Below, in pieces: positions 28,001 to 45,589 of a stretch of DNA of 64,000 bases. The notes under the pieces were generated by a model. It ran no database searches, had not been told where the DNA came from, and saw only the letters and a list, made by a program, of their open reading frames with translations. The DNA comes from the human T2T-CHM13v2.0 reference genome, Homo sapiens. The number at the start of each line of letters is the position of its first letter. Position 1 is the stretch's first letter. The stretch lies in NCBI RefSeq assembly GCF_009914755.1, contig NC_060930.1, one strand, 5' to 3'. The translations under genes were made by a program, and so were the position numbers.

Positions 28001-31000
28001 TAGTGTCTTTAGAGAGAACTATTTATATGTTCATATGGGTGCACATTTATATGTGACATCTTGAAGTTCAGCGGATCCATGGAAGATATATTTTCTAAAG
28101 GGCTTCATTATCTAACAGGAATATTCTCAGATTATCTCTTTACTGTATTAAATTATTTCATTGGTGGTTGTGGATGTAAGTCAATAGTGGGAAATGATGA
28201 ACGGATTTGTATTGACTGTGGCAGCTATGCAGTGGGTGGATGAAAAGAAGCACCAAGAAAGGGTATCCTTGATATATAACTAAGCTTGATTTATGAAGTA
28301 AAATTGGGAAAGACCTTTAGAAAATTCCCATTTGGGAGACAAGATAGTTTGGAGGAATGAACAAGGATCTTTGAGAGGAACTTGAGTAAAGTTAAGTTGG
28401 GTGATCTTGGATGAGGGAACTTTCCTCATAAACTGTAGTTTCTTTCTGAGTAGACTTGGAATTGATTAGTTGGATGGTGATTATAAGAATGATATGTATA
28501 TTATATGTAACAGTAAAATGCCTTCTGCATTATTATTCTTTCTCCCATATATACTGTAAATCATTGTTTTGTGTTCCACCAACAGATACTTATTGAACCT
28601 CTATTTTGTCTAAATTACTGTTGTGAACTGCTTCACAAAATCAACAATTACAGCAGGGTTGAATGAATGTATGTGTTGGGGCTACAAAGACATCGAGCAT
28701 CAATCCTTGGGCTCAGTATATTCCTAATCTAGTTGGGGAGATAACCCATACACATACGATGGCAATTAACAAAACAAAGCCATGGTTAAGTGTGGGTGAA
28801 TGGTAGATAAATGCTGTAGACACTGTGATGGCATCTCTGGATGTGGTGGTAAATGTGTTCCTGTGATAGGACCCGGCAGATGGGGTTGCTCTTTTAAAAA
28901 CCCTATGAAGTGTTGATATACAATGTTAAGTGCAATTGTATATCGAGTGCCTTCTGAAGATCAAGCATTAAGCTAGATGCTTTATATTTATTTATTCATC
29001 CAAAAAATACTTTGAGTGCTTTCTGTATGCCCAGGTACTGTTCTAGGCACTGACTATTACCTCTCATACTTTCACTAACCTTGAGCACTGGGTATTATTT
29101 TTTGTCTTTTAGAGCAAACTGGTGCTCAGAGTTACTTAGTAACTTGTTCATATCATGCAGTTTGAAAGGGGTGGAATCAGGGAAAATGATACTGGCATAT
29201 GATTGATGTGTCTTTAGGTTTTTGATTTTCAAAATAGTAACACATAGAATATTTTAAAAACAACACATTTCCAGATTAAGGTATGTGCTCTTTTACATTG
29301 GTTTACTAAGATGAGCAATAATGAACAGGTATAAGAAAAATAGATGGGAAGAAAAACTGGCTTTACTTTCTTCTTTTTTTTTTCTTTTTAAAACCAAGAA
29401 TTGAGAAAAGACCAATTATTGAATTATTCTGAAAAGAACACCTTGGTCTAGCCCATGGCCTTGAAATGATCACAAACTGTTGATAAAACATTACTCAGAA
29501 TAGGCTTGGGAATCACTGGGCTTACTTATATAAAGATTTCATTTGTTCTCTATAGGAAGAGACCCAATAAGGTAGTAGGACTAGTTATGAAAAATATATA
29601 TATAAAGCATCAATCAATGAAAGAATGGGACCTGCATCTACCAAGGCAGGCTCAGTAGGTTATGAAATTTACTCTAAAGCCAGGATTGTAAAAGGAAAGA
29701 AGAAAATTAAGAGAGACAATGGTGGGGAGAAAATGGAGGGGTGGTGTGGTAGAAATGTGTCCTAGAATCAAAGTAAAAGATGAAAACAGGGAATATGACT
29801 AAGATCCTGAGCAAGAGTGCTATAATTACTGGTGTTATACACTGTAACCAAAAGAGTATGTCCCATGTTTGCAAAATGAGGTGAAGAGTCTATTTTGACT
29901 CATCGGGTGGTTTTGTATTGCAATGGGAATTATATCTCTCTGTTATATGAGTTACGGTGGATCAGGCAGTTCTTCAGTTTGACTTAGAAGGATGCCATTG
30001 TAGGCATTGATTACAAGGTAATGGGCTGTTTCTCCTTTGTTGAAGTTCTATTTAAAACATTTTTTGAGCGTATACTATGTACCAGACCTTTTAAAGGCTG
30101 GACCATAGCTTTATATTACATAAATTTTGTGGAATTAAGCTAATTTAGTTACTAGAACATTTTGGGTATGATTGCTTAGGTACCAAAATCAGTTGATTAT
30201 TTTTCTCCATCCATTACACTGTTGAACCCTGAATAGTGAATTGAAATTCCTAGGTGGTCAATCTGGTCTGGTTGTTAAATGATCTTAGTAATTCACCGTA
30301 TTGGTTTGTGGTCTAATTGGGTGGACTTGAGGCTTAGCTGTTCAGTCTATTGATAAGGAGGTTGGCTACAAATGGTTATCAAGATAAGCCTGTAGACTTC
30401 TGTGAAAGAAAAATCTAGCCAAATCTAATTCATTACATGCAAAAGAGAAATCAAGTGTAAATCTTAGCTTTATGTTCTATAAAAATATGAAGCAAAATAA
30501 GAAAAAAGATACTACTTTTAGCATTAAAAATTATGAAGTAAAATAAAAAAGAACAAGAGAGTACTTTTAGTTTTTCTTTTAAAATTTTAGTTCATGCATA
30601 TTTAGCATATGCATAGAAATATCTGTGTCAGGTTCTTGTTCTTTTTATGGCCCTTGAATCCCTCTAATGGGTGTAAAATTTCTATTATTACCCTTCTAGT
30701 ATAGTATGTTGATGATATGCTAGCACTTTAAAAAATATGTCTGACTCAAATTGAGGTATAGTCTGTACGTTGAACATGAATTTAAAATAAAAGCATTTAA
30801 TGAGAGTCTATTAAATATGCCATAGGCCCATTAATGTCAGTTTGTGATTTCACTTTCTGTGTACCTTTTTTTTTTTTTTTCTTGAAAGGCATTTTTCATT
30901 TTCTGTTCCTTCTTTAGAGGAAGTAAGTAGGTTAGGCCACAGAATCTCAAATAATTCATCCTTCTTACAGTAACACAGAAGGGCAGGAAGTTGAGATTTT

Positions 31001-32624
31001 GTAAAGGTTACCTTTGGTGACTACCCTTTCTTTGCACATGATCTCCATGGCAGACAAGGTAGCAAATCAGAGAGACCATTGCAACATTATAAATAGGATC
31101 ATTCACATTAAAATATGACTATCTGATAAAGGGACAGTGTTTTTGAGAAAATATCAATAAGATGGAACCGCTGTAATGACTGATTTCATGTTTAAAGGCA
31201 GCATGGATTAGTTCACACTCAGGTGTCTCCTCTGCAGGGATGGATGAGAACAGAAGACCCAACTTCTCAAGGATTTGTTCTTGATGCTGCTAAGATTTCA
31301 GTTCTCACATTGAAATAATGATCTAGAGTTTTTCCTGCCTAAAATCTATGAACTTAGGTCCTTAGGACAGATTTCACATCTCTCCACAACAGACCTTAAT
31401 TCCAATATATGTGTGATTCAGAGTACTTATCAGGCAGGATGAGTAGCATATCAAAGGTGGTCTCTGTCATGCTTGATTTGAAAGGAATATTTTTCTTCAT
31501 AGCAATGTGTGTTTGTTGAGAGATGCTTCAAGTGTGAGTTTAGATTTTCTCTTATCCTTATTGAATAAGTCTGTTTAAGAGGTTTGAATTTAACTTCTTT
31601 TGATGTGTTCTCCACTGACACTTATATAAGGAGAGTTTCTTGGAGTGGTGATGTTATGCTTCTGCCAAAGAGGTAAACAAATACTTAGCAGCCTAGTTGT
31701 TAGAATTTTCACTGGAGAATATGAGCTAGATGGACAGATGAAGGTCTTTCCCTGATTTTTCCTCTCCCCAAGCCCCTTCCATTCCCCTCCAGTAGTGTAT
31801 TGTATTTTCCTCTTCTCTTTTATTGATTCATTTGGTAAGTTTTATCAATACCTACTATAGATATTCATAAGAGATAACAAAATGGGTAAATCAAGGTCTC
31901 TGTGCTTCAAAACCTCCTATAAGTAGATGATCAAGATACAATGTCATAAGCATTATAATCAGTGTATAGATTCTGTCCTCCCAGCCCCACTTATGTCCTG
32001 GTCCTGGCATCTTACTTGCACGTACATACTCCAGTGCTCCTATAGAGAAACACTCCCACTGTAGCCCCTTTGGGGATGATGACGCAGAGCTTTCATCTCT
32101 CTTTTTCATACTGGCCTCTTGCTTTAATCTCTCACAGCACTTTCTGTTTGCCTGTGTACCAGCTCTCTTGAAAGCAGGTCCTGGAACCACATTTGGTACA
32201 TGAGGACGTTTTTATGCCTCCTCAGCAAAAACGTCACAGTAAGGTTGCGAATGGCCTAGTCCTGAGTAGTTTCTCAGAAATTACGTCCTTTTTATTTTGT
32301 TGGCAGTTAAATTTTTTTTCTTTATAAGAACTTGGCAAAACTAACAGCTATTGACCTTACATCGGTCTCCCAAATTCACTTTGAAGTCTACTTGTCCATG
32401 AAATCTGAGTCATACCATTGTTCTTGACTGCCCTGCTGCCCACCTTTCCTGTCCTCATCTCTGGACTCCTGAGAAATTAAATAGGCCTTTTTTGATGTAA
32501 AGGTATTGGCCTTCGCACAGTTTTCATTCCTCTGCCCTGTGAGACTTCAGAGATCTGATAAACTGGTTCTTGGAGGGCATGTGGACCCTGGAGAGCCCCT
32601 CCCCTCCCCTGCCCTGCCCTCCTC

Positions 32625-32950
32625 TTTTTGAGACAGAGTCTCAGTCTGTCACCCAGGCTGGAGTGCAGTGGGTGGTACAATCTTGGTTCACTGCAACTTC
32701 TGCCTCCTGGGTTCAAGCGATTCTCGTGCTTCAGCATCTGGAGTAGCTGGGACTAGAGGCATGCACCACCACGCCCAACTAATTTTTGTATTTTCAGTCA
32801 CCACCACACCCAGCTAATTTTTGTATTTTCAGTAGAGATAGGGTTTCACCATGTTGACCAGGCTGGTCTTGAACTCCTGACCATTTTTGATTCACCTGCC
32901 TCGGTCTCCCAAAGTGCTAGGATTACAGAAGTGAGCCACCTCTCCCGGCC
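32625..32950 (-). mobile_element. Alu (AluS-type) with internal 35-bp tandem duplication
   Basis: Antisense Alu; duplicated linker at 32764-32798 and 32799-32833. Confidence 0.92.
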
Positions 32951-32999
32951 GCTTGTCTTGTCTTTAGAATAACTGTAACTTTTACATACCAAGCATTCA

Positions 33000-33530
<531 letters not shown>

Positions 33531-34708
33531 TTAAGTTGTCTTCTAGGTTGACTAAAATACAATGTGTTGGCAACTGTCTTGGAAGGTAAAATCTGTTTCT
33601 TAGCTGGGTGACCTCAATTTTCTCATCTGTGAAATGAGGATGATAATGTTTATCAGTCTTAAAAAAGTAGTTATGAGGGTCAAATAGGCTGATATTGATA
33701 ATATCCTTTAAAATGACAAAGCATTGAAGAAATTATTGTGCCCCACCATGTTTGTTTCCCTTTCATGTTTGTTAGGCTTATGGGCTTTGTATGATTACCC
33801 CATGTGACCTTGTATTTGTGGATACATGAGTCCTTCCATTAGTGGCTGCGTATTTCTCTGGTACCATGGAGGTAAAAGAAGGTCATCACAAACTAAATCT
33901 GAGAGCTGTAGGGAGGTCTTAGGAGACAGGGGCCATACCTTTCTCAGAATCACTTTCTCAAGTCTGGACTTAAAGGACTTATAAGTCCTGAGGACCTTCC
34001 CTGGTATTAGACACTATACCAACAAGCAGGTTCAGACTGGGAGCTAGATTAGAAGGTAGCATCCTTGTAGTTGAATCCAACTTGAAGATGAATAAACTCT
34101 ATCCTCTAAAACACTACCTTACTTTCATGTTATTTTCTGAATTTATTTTGTATAGCTCAGTGCCTTCCAAATGAGGGATTCCATGGAACTTGATGTGATG
34201 TGATAATAGTGCCAAGGCTAAGTGACTCTGGGAAACTTTGGCTGGGACAGCACTCCACAGATGGTTGCACATCGATGTGCCCTGGACGTCTCCCAAAGAC
34301 GCTAGGGTATTAGACATCTCTTTTCACAAACCCCTTTATCAGGGGACATGAATAAATGGTCTCGTAAAAGTTGTGTTTTGGGGAGCAGACTTTGTGGAAT
34401 GTTGCCCTAGCCTTTAGTCTTGTTTAAGTGCAATCAGACCAGCATCGTGACCATTCATTAGGCTCCTCCAAGGACAGGGTATCCTCTGGAAAGAGGGCCT
34501 GAGCTTCAGGTCCAGTACCTTCCCCATGTGACTAAGCCTTCACTGTTACTTCAGATGTGTTGCTTTATAAAGAAATTGGCAGTCTTTTCTGGTGCCATGT
34601 AAATATGAGGAATTATTACTATAAAAATAAATATTACTATTATAGTAATAGTAATACTAATTTTTACTAATAGTAAAAATTACTATTAAAATAAAAATAA
34701 CATATCTA

Positions 34709-34982
34709 CTTTTCTTTTTTTTGAGATAGAGCTTCACTGTGTTGCCTAGGCTGGAGTACAGTGATGTGATCATAGCTCACTGAAGCCTGAAACTCCTGGG
34801 CTCAAAGCGATCCCACCTGCTCCGCCTCCCGAGTAGCTGAGACCACAGGTGTGCAACACCATGCCTGGCTGATTTTTGCATTTTCTTGTAGGTGTGGGGT
34901 CTCACTATGTTGCCCAGGCTGGTCTTGAACTCCTGGCCTCAGGTGATCCTCCGAAAGTGCAGGTGTGAACCACCACACCTGA
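34709..34982 (-). mobile_element. Alu (AluJ-like)
   Basis: Antisense diverged Alu. Confidence 0.88.
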
Positions 34983-35084
34983 TCATATCTGCTTTTTAGG
35001 TAGTGATCTTCACACCTTGTGACAAAGGTTTGAGCACAGATGGCTTACTACCATAGATGTTATTCAAATAAAATGAATTTTTTA

Positions 35085-35298
<214 letters not shown>

Positions 35299-35470
35299 TC
35301 ATGAATTTGAATAATTGTTAAACCAGATAATTATAACAAGAAGCTAACATTTTATTGACTGGTTTACTATCTGGTAAGTACTATGCTGTGGTATTATCTG
35401 GCCTATCTCATCTGTCTTCACCATTACTCAATGAATTTTGAAAAAAGGTTCTGTTATTCTTTGCATTTTA

Positions 35471-35971
<501 letters not shown>

Positions 35972-38770
35972 CTATGAAAGGATGACGGGAGCTGGGTGAG
36001 TCGGGTGGGGAGGCTCAAAGCAGTTTTATATGCCACATTCATAAGGTGATTAGCAGTGGGGAGACTCCTTGGAGATGATGTTACTGAAAAATGACGTTTA
36101 GGAGTTTTGAGTATGTCATTCTGCACCAAGTTTGACAGTTAACGGTTAGTGAGTGAAGATGATTTCTGTAAAGTAAACAAAAAATCATCCTGAGTTGATG
36201 GTGTCATATAGTAGGCATCATAGCAACAAGCTGTTGGATTCTACAGTGGAGGTTGGCTTTTCTCATTGCTGTCTTCATCTTCTGCATAGTTGTCATTTTT
36301 GTTTGGTTCATAGTAATGATTTTAGGGTTAGTATTCCTGACACACTGTTTACAAAAGATACACTGCCCTTTTAACCAAAAACTGGCAAGTTTAGTTCCTT
36401 GACACCAGGCGCTGATCTCAGGCCTGTTATCTGAATGACAGAATTTGAATCTGATTCTCAGATGCTGCTTTTAAGGTCATGTCTACCCTCATTTTATAAC
36501 TACTCTTAACTCATAACCGTAGTATTTCTATACCTTATTTTTGAAAAATGTACTTGTTAACTATGAAGCTATAAAATGCAGCTCTTAAGAAAAAGCAACT
36601 GTAAAATTATTAAAACTATTTAACTGGTCTTGATGAATGTTAACTAGCCATTCTTTTAAAGACAATATTTGGAGAACAGTGGTTTGACCAGGAATGGTTG
36701 GGCTACAGTCAGTACCCTTTCTCAGTAATCCAAATTTCTTCCCTTATTTGCAGGTGCAGACTTTTGGGTTATAGCAGGGCCCACTCTTTTGCTTTGTGCT
36801 GTGCGCCTCCTAGGTTATGCTGCTTATATCTCAGAGGACTGGTATCTTCCCTTCATCTCAGCCCCAGGCAGCCTCTTTATTTTGAATATGCTGCAGGAAC
36901 CCAGCTCGTAGGAGTCCCTGCTCCTCACTCTGAGCCTCTGTTTTATCCACTCCTGGCAGATAGGAGCAAAGAAGTTGTAGGAAGGAAAGATTATGAAGGA
37001 CACACAAACTGTTTATCTCTAGTCAAAATGAGATACAGTAGATTCTTGACATTTGTGAGGTCAATGTCCGCAGCCAGTCACGATTCTCAACTTGAAAAAA
37101 AATCATTTTAGCACATAATTCCTTCCGTAAAATTGCTAAAGTAGAATTGGAAAATTTAAATGATCTCTCTAGACCCCTATCTACTTATCTCACTTGATGA
37201 CTGATTTTTTTACTGTCTGGAGTACTTATTGAAACAAATTCACACATCTTTTCTACTTATTTCCTTTTGGAGCATTTGGTAGTTTTGTTCGCACAATGTG
37301 TCTGAGTCATCATTGCATTTGACATTTCAGTCTTTAATTTATCTGAAACTTCTGTTTTGTGGCTAGCCTATCGCTTTCATAAACATCCCCATATTCCCTT
37401 CATTCTGTCATCAACACTAGACTCAACTAGCAGTTAATTTTGTTTCATTTCTTAAAAAGAAACAGTTTTTATCACTTTATTTACAGTCTTCATAGCACTG
37501 AGACTAAGCGCTATGACTAAGAGCATGCCTGGGCCTCGGCCAGGCTGGACAACTTGCCCTTGCCCCAGCTTTATGGCATGTGTGATTCAGAATCATGTCT
37601 CTGCAAAATGACAAATTACTAAATGTCACAGCAACTTCAGGTGTCACTCAGGAATGGTAGGAACCATAAATACATAGTCTGCGAATGCATACCTGAGTTG
37701 TGGAGGAGTGAACCGTACACCTCCTCCTCTCATCCATCTGTTGAGCTGATGAATGTGCATGTATAGTTAACGAGTACTAGTTAAGTTACCAGAGAGCTTT
37801 GTGGAAATGGATTTTCCTTCGTGACGTCTATGCTGTAGCTTCAGTTGTTGGCATTAATAACAAATATTTTCATGGGAAGACATGCCTTTTGTAATATACA
37901 CTTTTAAATAAACATGAAACCGGATTTAAAAACTCATTTTTATTCATTAAAAAAATTATTTAAACATTCAACAGATACAAAAAAGTATACAGAAAGAAGG
38001 CTCACCACCATCAATATATGAGTGGTCTGCTTCCTCATAGGGGTTTTTGAATATAAGATATTAACTAGTTTAATCACCACCTGATGTAAGTGGTACATGG
38101 TAGACTGGGGCTGCCAGGGATTTATTTACATGAGAGAGTGAGGAGGTTCATCCAGCAGATAGAATATCTCAAGGGAGAGTCAGGTTTCACAACTTTGGTT
38201 TGGAGATGAGGAGTGGTGTAGGAGAGAGATAGGAGGTAATTCTGAGGAAAGTGTCATATGTCATTTAGTCTGTTCTCCAGCCCTTTTGTTGGAGGCTGAG
38301 GGAAAGAACATTGTAATAAAAGCAAATTGTTTCACAAAGCAGGGACTTTCAGAGTGCAATACTTTTGCACTAGTGCCAGCAGTAATGGTCTCGGTCTTCA
38401 GTAGTCATCAGCTCCTTGACATCCACAGTGGGCAGTGGTAGCAGCATGCTGGGCATCAATGCCTTTGGTTGCAGCCATGGTCAGCCATGACATTACGTAT
38501 TAGTGGGAATCAGAAGCATTTGGTGGACATCTGAACCCCAAACTTACCTCTTATGACATTAGTAGTGGCTGGAGACCAATAGAAGTTAGAGGAGATGAGG
38601 AGGAAAAAGCCGAATCTTGTCTGGTAGCACAGAGGACCCACCAGGGTGTACTTTCAGGATACTTCCTTAGGAAATCTCAGCACCATTTAACAAAAAAAAA
38701 TTGTGATGGGGTTTTCTGCAGAAGGAGAAATACTGTTTGTGACTTGCATTGTGACTCTCTTACCTACCTG

Positions 38771-38773
<3 letters not shown>

Positions 38774-38803
<30 letters not shown>
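38774..38803. repeat. (TG)~15 microsatellite
   Basis: Directly visible. Confidence 0.95.
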
Positions 38804-38804
<1 letters not shown>

Positions 38805-39699
38805 CCTGTGGAATACAGGTGGATTGTGGTGTAGCAGCAGGTGATACCTACAAGAACAAAACACAAGAGCATTTCTAAGTACTGAAAAAATTTACCGAGT
38901 CTCAGGAACACGAATTGTTGAAGGGAAAGGACTTTGTATGTTTGTATGCAAGTATACACATTTACAGAGGGTGACAACAAGGGAGGAAGACTTGGGGTGA
39001 CTTAGAAGCAGCTTTTCTTAAAATAATATTGGTTCCTGGCTGTTCTGCCTCATTAATAGATGGTGGAAGAACAATCTGTTGTAGCCATTCAGTCTTCTTG
39101 TAATAATGAAAGTACCCATAGGCTTCAAAATTAGATGATGGGAGAGACAACATAGTAAATATTTTTATGCTATAATATTGTATTCAGAATCTCTACAAAC
39201 CTTAGAATGAAAATATGGGTGAAAACTATTTTTACAAAGGTTAGATATATGTTTTCAGGCAGAGTACACTGTGTATCATTAGTACTGTTTCATACAGCAA
39301 AGGCATATTCTGAGTATTTCTTAAAACATAGTGAACATTTACTGCAGGTTATATACAGTACTAGCTTTTAGATATCTGCTACTTTCTATTCCTCCTGTCA
39401 GACAGGATTTTGCTGCTGTGAATTTTGTACATATATGGTTTTTAGGTAGGAAAAGACTAAAAATCTATTTGTGGCGTCTGCATGTCTTACTGACATTTTG
39501 TTAGTAAGCATGTACTTTGAAGGTACTTTATCAGATACATGTTGCACTGATGTGGACTTGGTATTTATATTAAGAACTTTGGCCCTAATAAACTAGTTTT
39601 GTCATGTTCTGAGGTGTACCATATTCTGGTGAAAGTAGATTTTGCCAGATTTTCGGAGGAGAACAAAACTCTATAAAGATTAAACAATGGTTAACAAAG

Positions 39700-39975
39700 A
39701 AAGCTCACTGTTGGAAACAGTCTGACCTGGGTTCAAATGGTGGCCATGCTACTGGCTGTGGTTTTGGTTGAGTTACCAAATCTTTCTGCACCTCAGTTTC
39801 TTCAGTGTAGACTAGAGGGTTGATAAAATCCCTGTTTTTCTGAAAAAAATAATTGAAATAATATATGTAAATTGCTACTTTGAATCCTTTTCTGAAAGAA
39901 AGAAAGATTGAATCAAACTTACAAAAGTATGTATTGTGCCTGACACTTAGTATCTGGTGAACAAATGCTATTATC
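39700..39975 (+). mobile_element. MIR
   Basis: ACCTGGGTTCAAAT...CCTCAGTTTCTTCA core. Confidence 0.7.
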
Positions 39976-40416
39976 AAATGCTATTATATTTATGGAGACT
40001 GTAATAACCAGGATAGTCACAGCTGACAATTTTATACTATAAGATAATTTCACTAAATTTCCTTAAAGTATACTTGCCAAAGAAAATAATGGAAATGGTT
40101 ATCTAGAGATTTTACCAGAAAAAACAGTAAAACTTTTTTTATTAAAGGATCACTCAGATATTACCAAGTTTATCCACCAGGGGGAAGATATTCTGTCGCT
40201 CTACTGTCTATCAAAAAAAAAAAGTTACCACTCTTAAACATCACTTTATAGGCAGTCGATATCATTGCTGGTTGTTACCTGTTTAGTGAGAGAGAAGTCA
40301 TACTAAGTCTTAATTCATTTCATATTTCTATTATTGATTAGATTAATTCTTTCTCAGCTCTTTACATCCTGGGTCCTGTTTTGAGGCTGCAGTCTTAATG
40401 GTAGTGAAATCTGATT

Positions 40417-41614
40417 TAAAAAGAATTACTTTTAATTGATGCATAATAATTGTACACATTAATGGTACACATGTGATATTTTGATACATGCATATCATGT
40501 GTAATGATCCAGTCAAGGTAATTGGGATATCCTTCACTTCAAATACTTATCATTTCATTGCTTTGGGAATATTCAAAATCCAATCTTCTGACTCTTCTGA
40601 AATATACAGTAAATTATTTTTAACTATATTCACCCCCTGTGCTATAGAATACTAGAACTTACTTCTCTTATGTAACTGTAGTTTTATACCAGTTAATCAA
40701 CCTTTGTCTATTGCCTCCCTCCCACCCCCTTCCCAGCCTCTAGTAACCACTGTTCTATTTTCTGCTTCTATGAGACTTTTTTAGCTCTCACATATGAATG
40801 AGAACATGTGATATTTGTCTTTCTGAGCCTACCTTCTTTTACTTAACATAATGTCCTTCAGGCTTATCCATGCTGTCACAAATGACAGGATTTCATTCTT
40901 TTTTATGGTTGAATATTCCTGTGTGTGTATAAACCACATTTTTAAATCCATTCATCCACTCATGGACACTTAGGTTGATTCCATATCTTGGCTCTCAAGA
41001 ATAGTGCTGCAATAAACATGGGAGTAGAGATATCTGATATACTGATTTCCTTTCCTTTGGATATGTACCCTGTAGTGGGATCACTGGATCATATGGTATT
41101 TCTATCTTTAATTTTTTTGAGGATCCTCCATACTGTTTTCTATAATGGCCATACTACTCTATATTCCCACCAAGAAGATACAGGAGCTCACCTTTCTCTG
41201 CATCCTCACCTGCATTTGTTCTTTTACATTTTTCATAATTGCCATTTTAATTGGGGTGAGATGATATCTCCTTGTGGTTTTAATTTGTATTTGTCTGATG
41301 ATTAGTGATTCTGAGCATTTTTTTAATGTACCTGTTGGCCATTTGTATGTCCTCTTTTGAGAAATATCTGTGTAGATCATTTCCCCATTTTCAAATCAGA
41401 TTATTTGCTTTTTTGCTGCTGAGTTATTTGAGCTTCTTATATAATCTGGATATTAATCCCTTGTCAGATGGATAGTTTGGAAATATCTTTTCCCACTTTG
41501 TAGGTTTTCTCTTAACTATGTTGATTGTTTCCATTGCTGTGCAGAATCGTTTTAGTTTCGTATAATCCCAGTTGTCTATGTTTGCTTTTGTGGCTTGTGC
41601 TTTTGAGGTCTGTA
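40417..41614 (-). mobile_element. L1MA 5'-truncated insertion
   Basis: Minus-strand ORF2 peptides (KAQATKANIDNWDYTKLKRFCTA; [16 protein letters not shown]); TSD AAATCTGATT at 40407-40416 and 41615-41624. Confidence 0.9.
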
Positions 41615-42300
41615 AAATCTGATTCTTCTTCAAATTTAGATTGTGTAAGTTTTGAAATGATCAGAAATAGGCTTAATAATATGTCTAATATTTGATGTTT
41701 TCTCTACTTAAGGGGGAAAACAGAAGAAAAAATATTGAAGCGTCTAGTAAATTCCAGCAGAAATTAGCTGTAATTAAAAGAAACAGAAGTTTTTTTTTCC
41801 TATTAAGTATTTAAAAGTGAATGTATATTATATATGTAAGGAGACTGCACTTTTAAAAATCTTGAATTTTTGAACAAAATTTTCAAGCATATACAAAACT
41901 AGGATGTAGTAGAATAAACTATCATGGACCCTTCACACGTCTTGACAATTGCCAACACATTGCCAATCTTATTACTTCATCCGCTTATTAATTTAGAGCA
42001 AATTTCTCACATTACATCATTTCATCTATTCCTTTCAATTTGTACCTGTAAAATATAAGGAACAACTCCTCTTTTAAAAGTACATGCTGTCATCATTTTG
42101 CTTAAAAAAAAGCAACAGTATTTCTTTGATATCATAAAATATCCAATTTGGCATTCATACTTTCCTTCCTAATAATCTTTTGTTTAAATCAGGGTCCACA
42201 GATTATCTATGAATTACAATATTGTGATTGGTTGATATGTTTCTTAAATCCCTTTTCATCTAAATTTCATACTTCCTTGCTCATCTTTTTTTGTAGTTTA

Positions 42301-43929
<1,629 letters not shown>

Positions 43930-45487
43930 CTAAAGAATTTCTGGTAATCTGGATTTTCTTCCTTATATCTTTGTGGTATGATTTAACAACAGGCTTTCTT
44001 TCTCTGATAGCTCCTATAAATAGACTTGATCAGATTAGGTTTGATTTTGTTTTTTCCTGGCAAGGCTACTTCATAGATGGTGTTGGGTTTGCATTCCTGG
44101 CAGCCATCGATGGTTGTTGCCTAGAACCATTAATTTATTAAAGGTTACAAATTATAATATTCTATCATTCCTTCTTCACTTATTAGCTGGAATTCTTTCT
44201 AAGGGGAAACTTTATCTGCCCAATGATATGGTTACTCTAACATACAGATCACATTGGAAAGGCAGGATAAATCCATGTTTCCTTTTCCAAATAGTGAGTT
44301 GGTTTTCTTGAATCCTGAGAAGGTGATCAATGAGGTGTTCTTGGTTTATTTGTTTGCTTTGAATGTCATTATGAACTTGTGGATTTCAGTTTATCTGATG
44401 TGTTTCAGTTCACTGCAGCTAAAATTAGTAAGGATAGTAAGGATACTACTTTGCCTTTCTTTGGCCAGAAGAAAGGGGCCAGAAGAAGGGGCCTATTCAG
44501 GTTGGCTCTTGAATTCTTTGGATATGACTTCTGTTGTCTTTGATAGCTTCTTTGCTTTCTTGTTTGACAAGATGTTTCAGTTTCATCTTGGACATTTCCT
44601 GCTATTGAGCAGAAATCAGCTTCTTCTATGGGGAGAATTGTGAGAAATGGTATTTAGACACCACAGTCTGAAGCTAGACTGCTCATTACTGTTGATTGAT
44701 GATTGTTTCTAGATTCTTTCAGTGGACAAAACTAGAAAATACACATATTTCTAAAGATAAAACACATCATGAATTCATACTGATACCTCCATTCAGATTT
44801 AGGAGCCATCAATCTTTCATCAGTTGTCTATGATACCAACATAATTACTTATTTGTTTTTCTCATGTTACAAAGACAACAGTCTTAGAACAACAGTATCA
44901 ATACCACAACCAATGATGTGATTATGGAAATTTGTTTTCCAATTTTTTTAAAAAATGAAAATTAGAAATTTTATCACAATTTAGGTAGCCAAATTGGTTA
45001 TCTTAACAGAGCCTTTTTATGGGTATTTGCTGTACATTTTGAGACTGTTTTCCTATTTCCTAGAATAACAAATTGGCAGATTATCATTTATCCATACCTA
45101 CTTTTTTCTAGTGTCTTAAAACAGAAAACAAACTACTTACAGGCAAGGAATTCTATCCATATGGCATTATGACTTTTTGTTTTAAGTGAATATGCCTTGA
45201 ATAAATGAATTTCTTTTGTTTATGAATAGAAAATGTTTACCATAACACTTAACTAAGACATTTTTATTAATATTTTTTCTCTATACTTTTCCAAGGATCG
45301 TACTAGGAAAAAAGTGTTAATATTTTTGAAGTAGCTGTTTTTAGATCCAGGGATATGGGATATTGTGATCAAGAAAATTATGTAATTAAGGGAAACTGAA
45401 CTAACGAGTACTAAATTAAAAACAGATTTCCATGTGGAATATTTAGTGATATGCCTTCTTTTCCCCTTTCAGGTTAAAAAATAAATC

Positions 45488-45589
45488 ATGACTGAATCTG
45501 CCTCTAGCACAAGTGGTCAAGAGTTTGATGTGTTCAGTGTTATGGACTGGAAAGATGGAGTGGGCACGTTACCAGGAAGTGACTTAAAG
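45488..45589 (+). CDS. L3MBTL3: L3MBTL3 first coding exon, aa 1-34 (exon starts 45473)
   Basis: TTTCAG acceptor at 45472; MTESASSTSGQEFDVFSVMDWKDGVGTLPGSDLK; donor AAG|GTAAAC, phase 0. Confidence 0.96.

Noticed and set aside
32205-32236. Hairpin GACGTTTTT...AAAAACGTC
   Set aside because: Stem too short for a miRNA precursor; chance level.
33974-33989. Perfect 16-bp palindrome AGGACTTATAAGTCCT
   Set aside because: About one is expected by chance in 64 kb (64000/4^8).
36698-37111. 137-aa ORF with a good acceptor at 36753
   Set aside because: No ATG start, no recognisable homology, no convincing donor; cannot support as an exon.
40174-40187. CTCF-like CCACCAGGGGGAAG
   Set aside because: Lacks the conserved C after the G run; not supportable without ChIP data.
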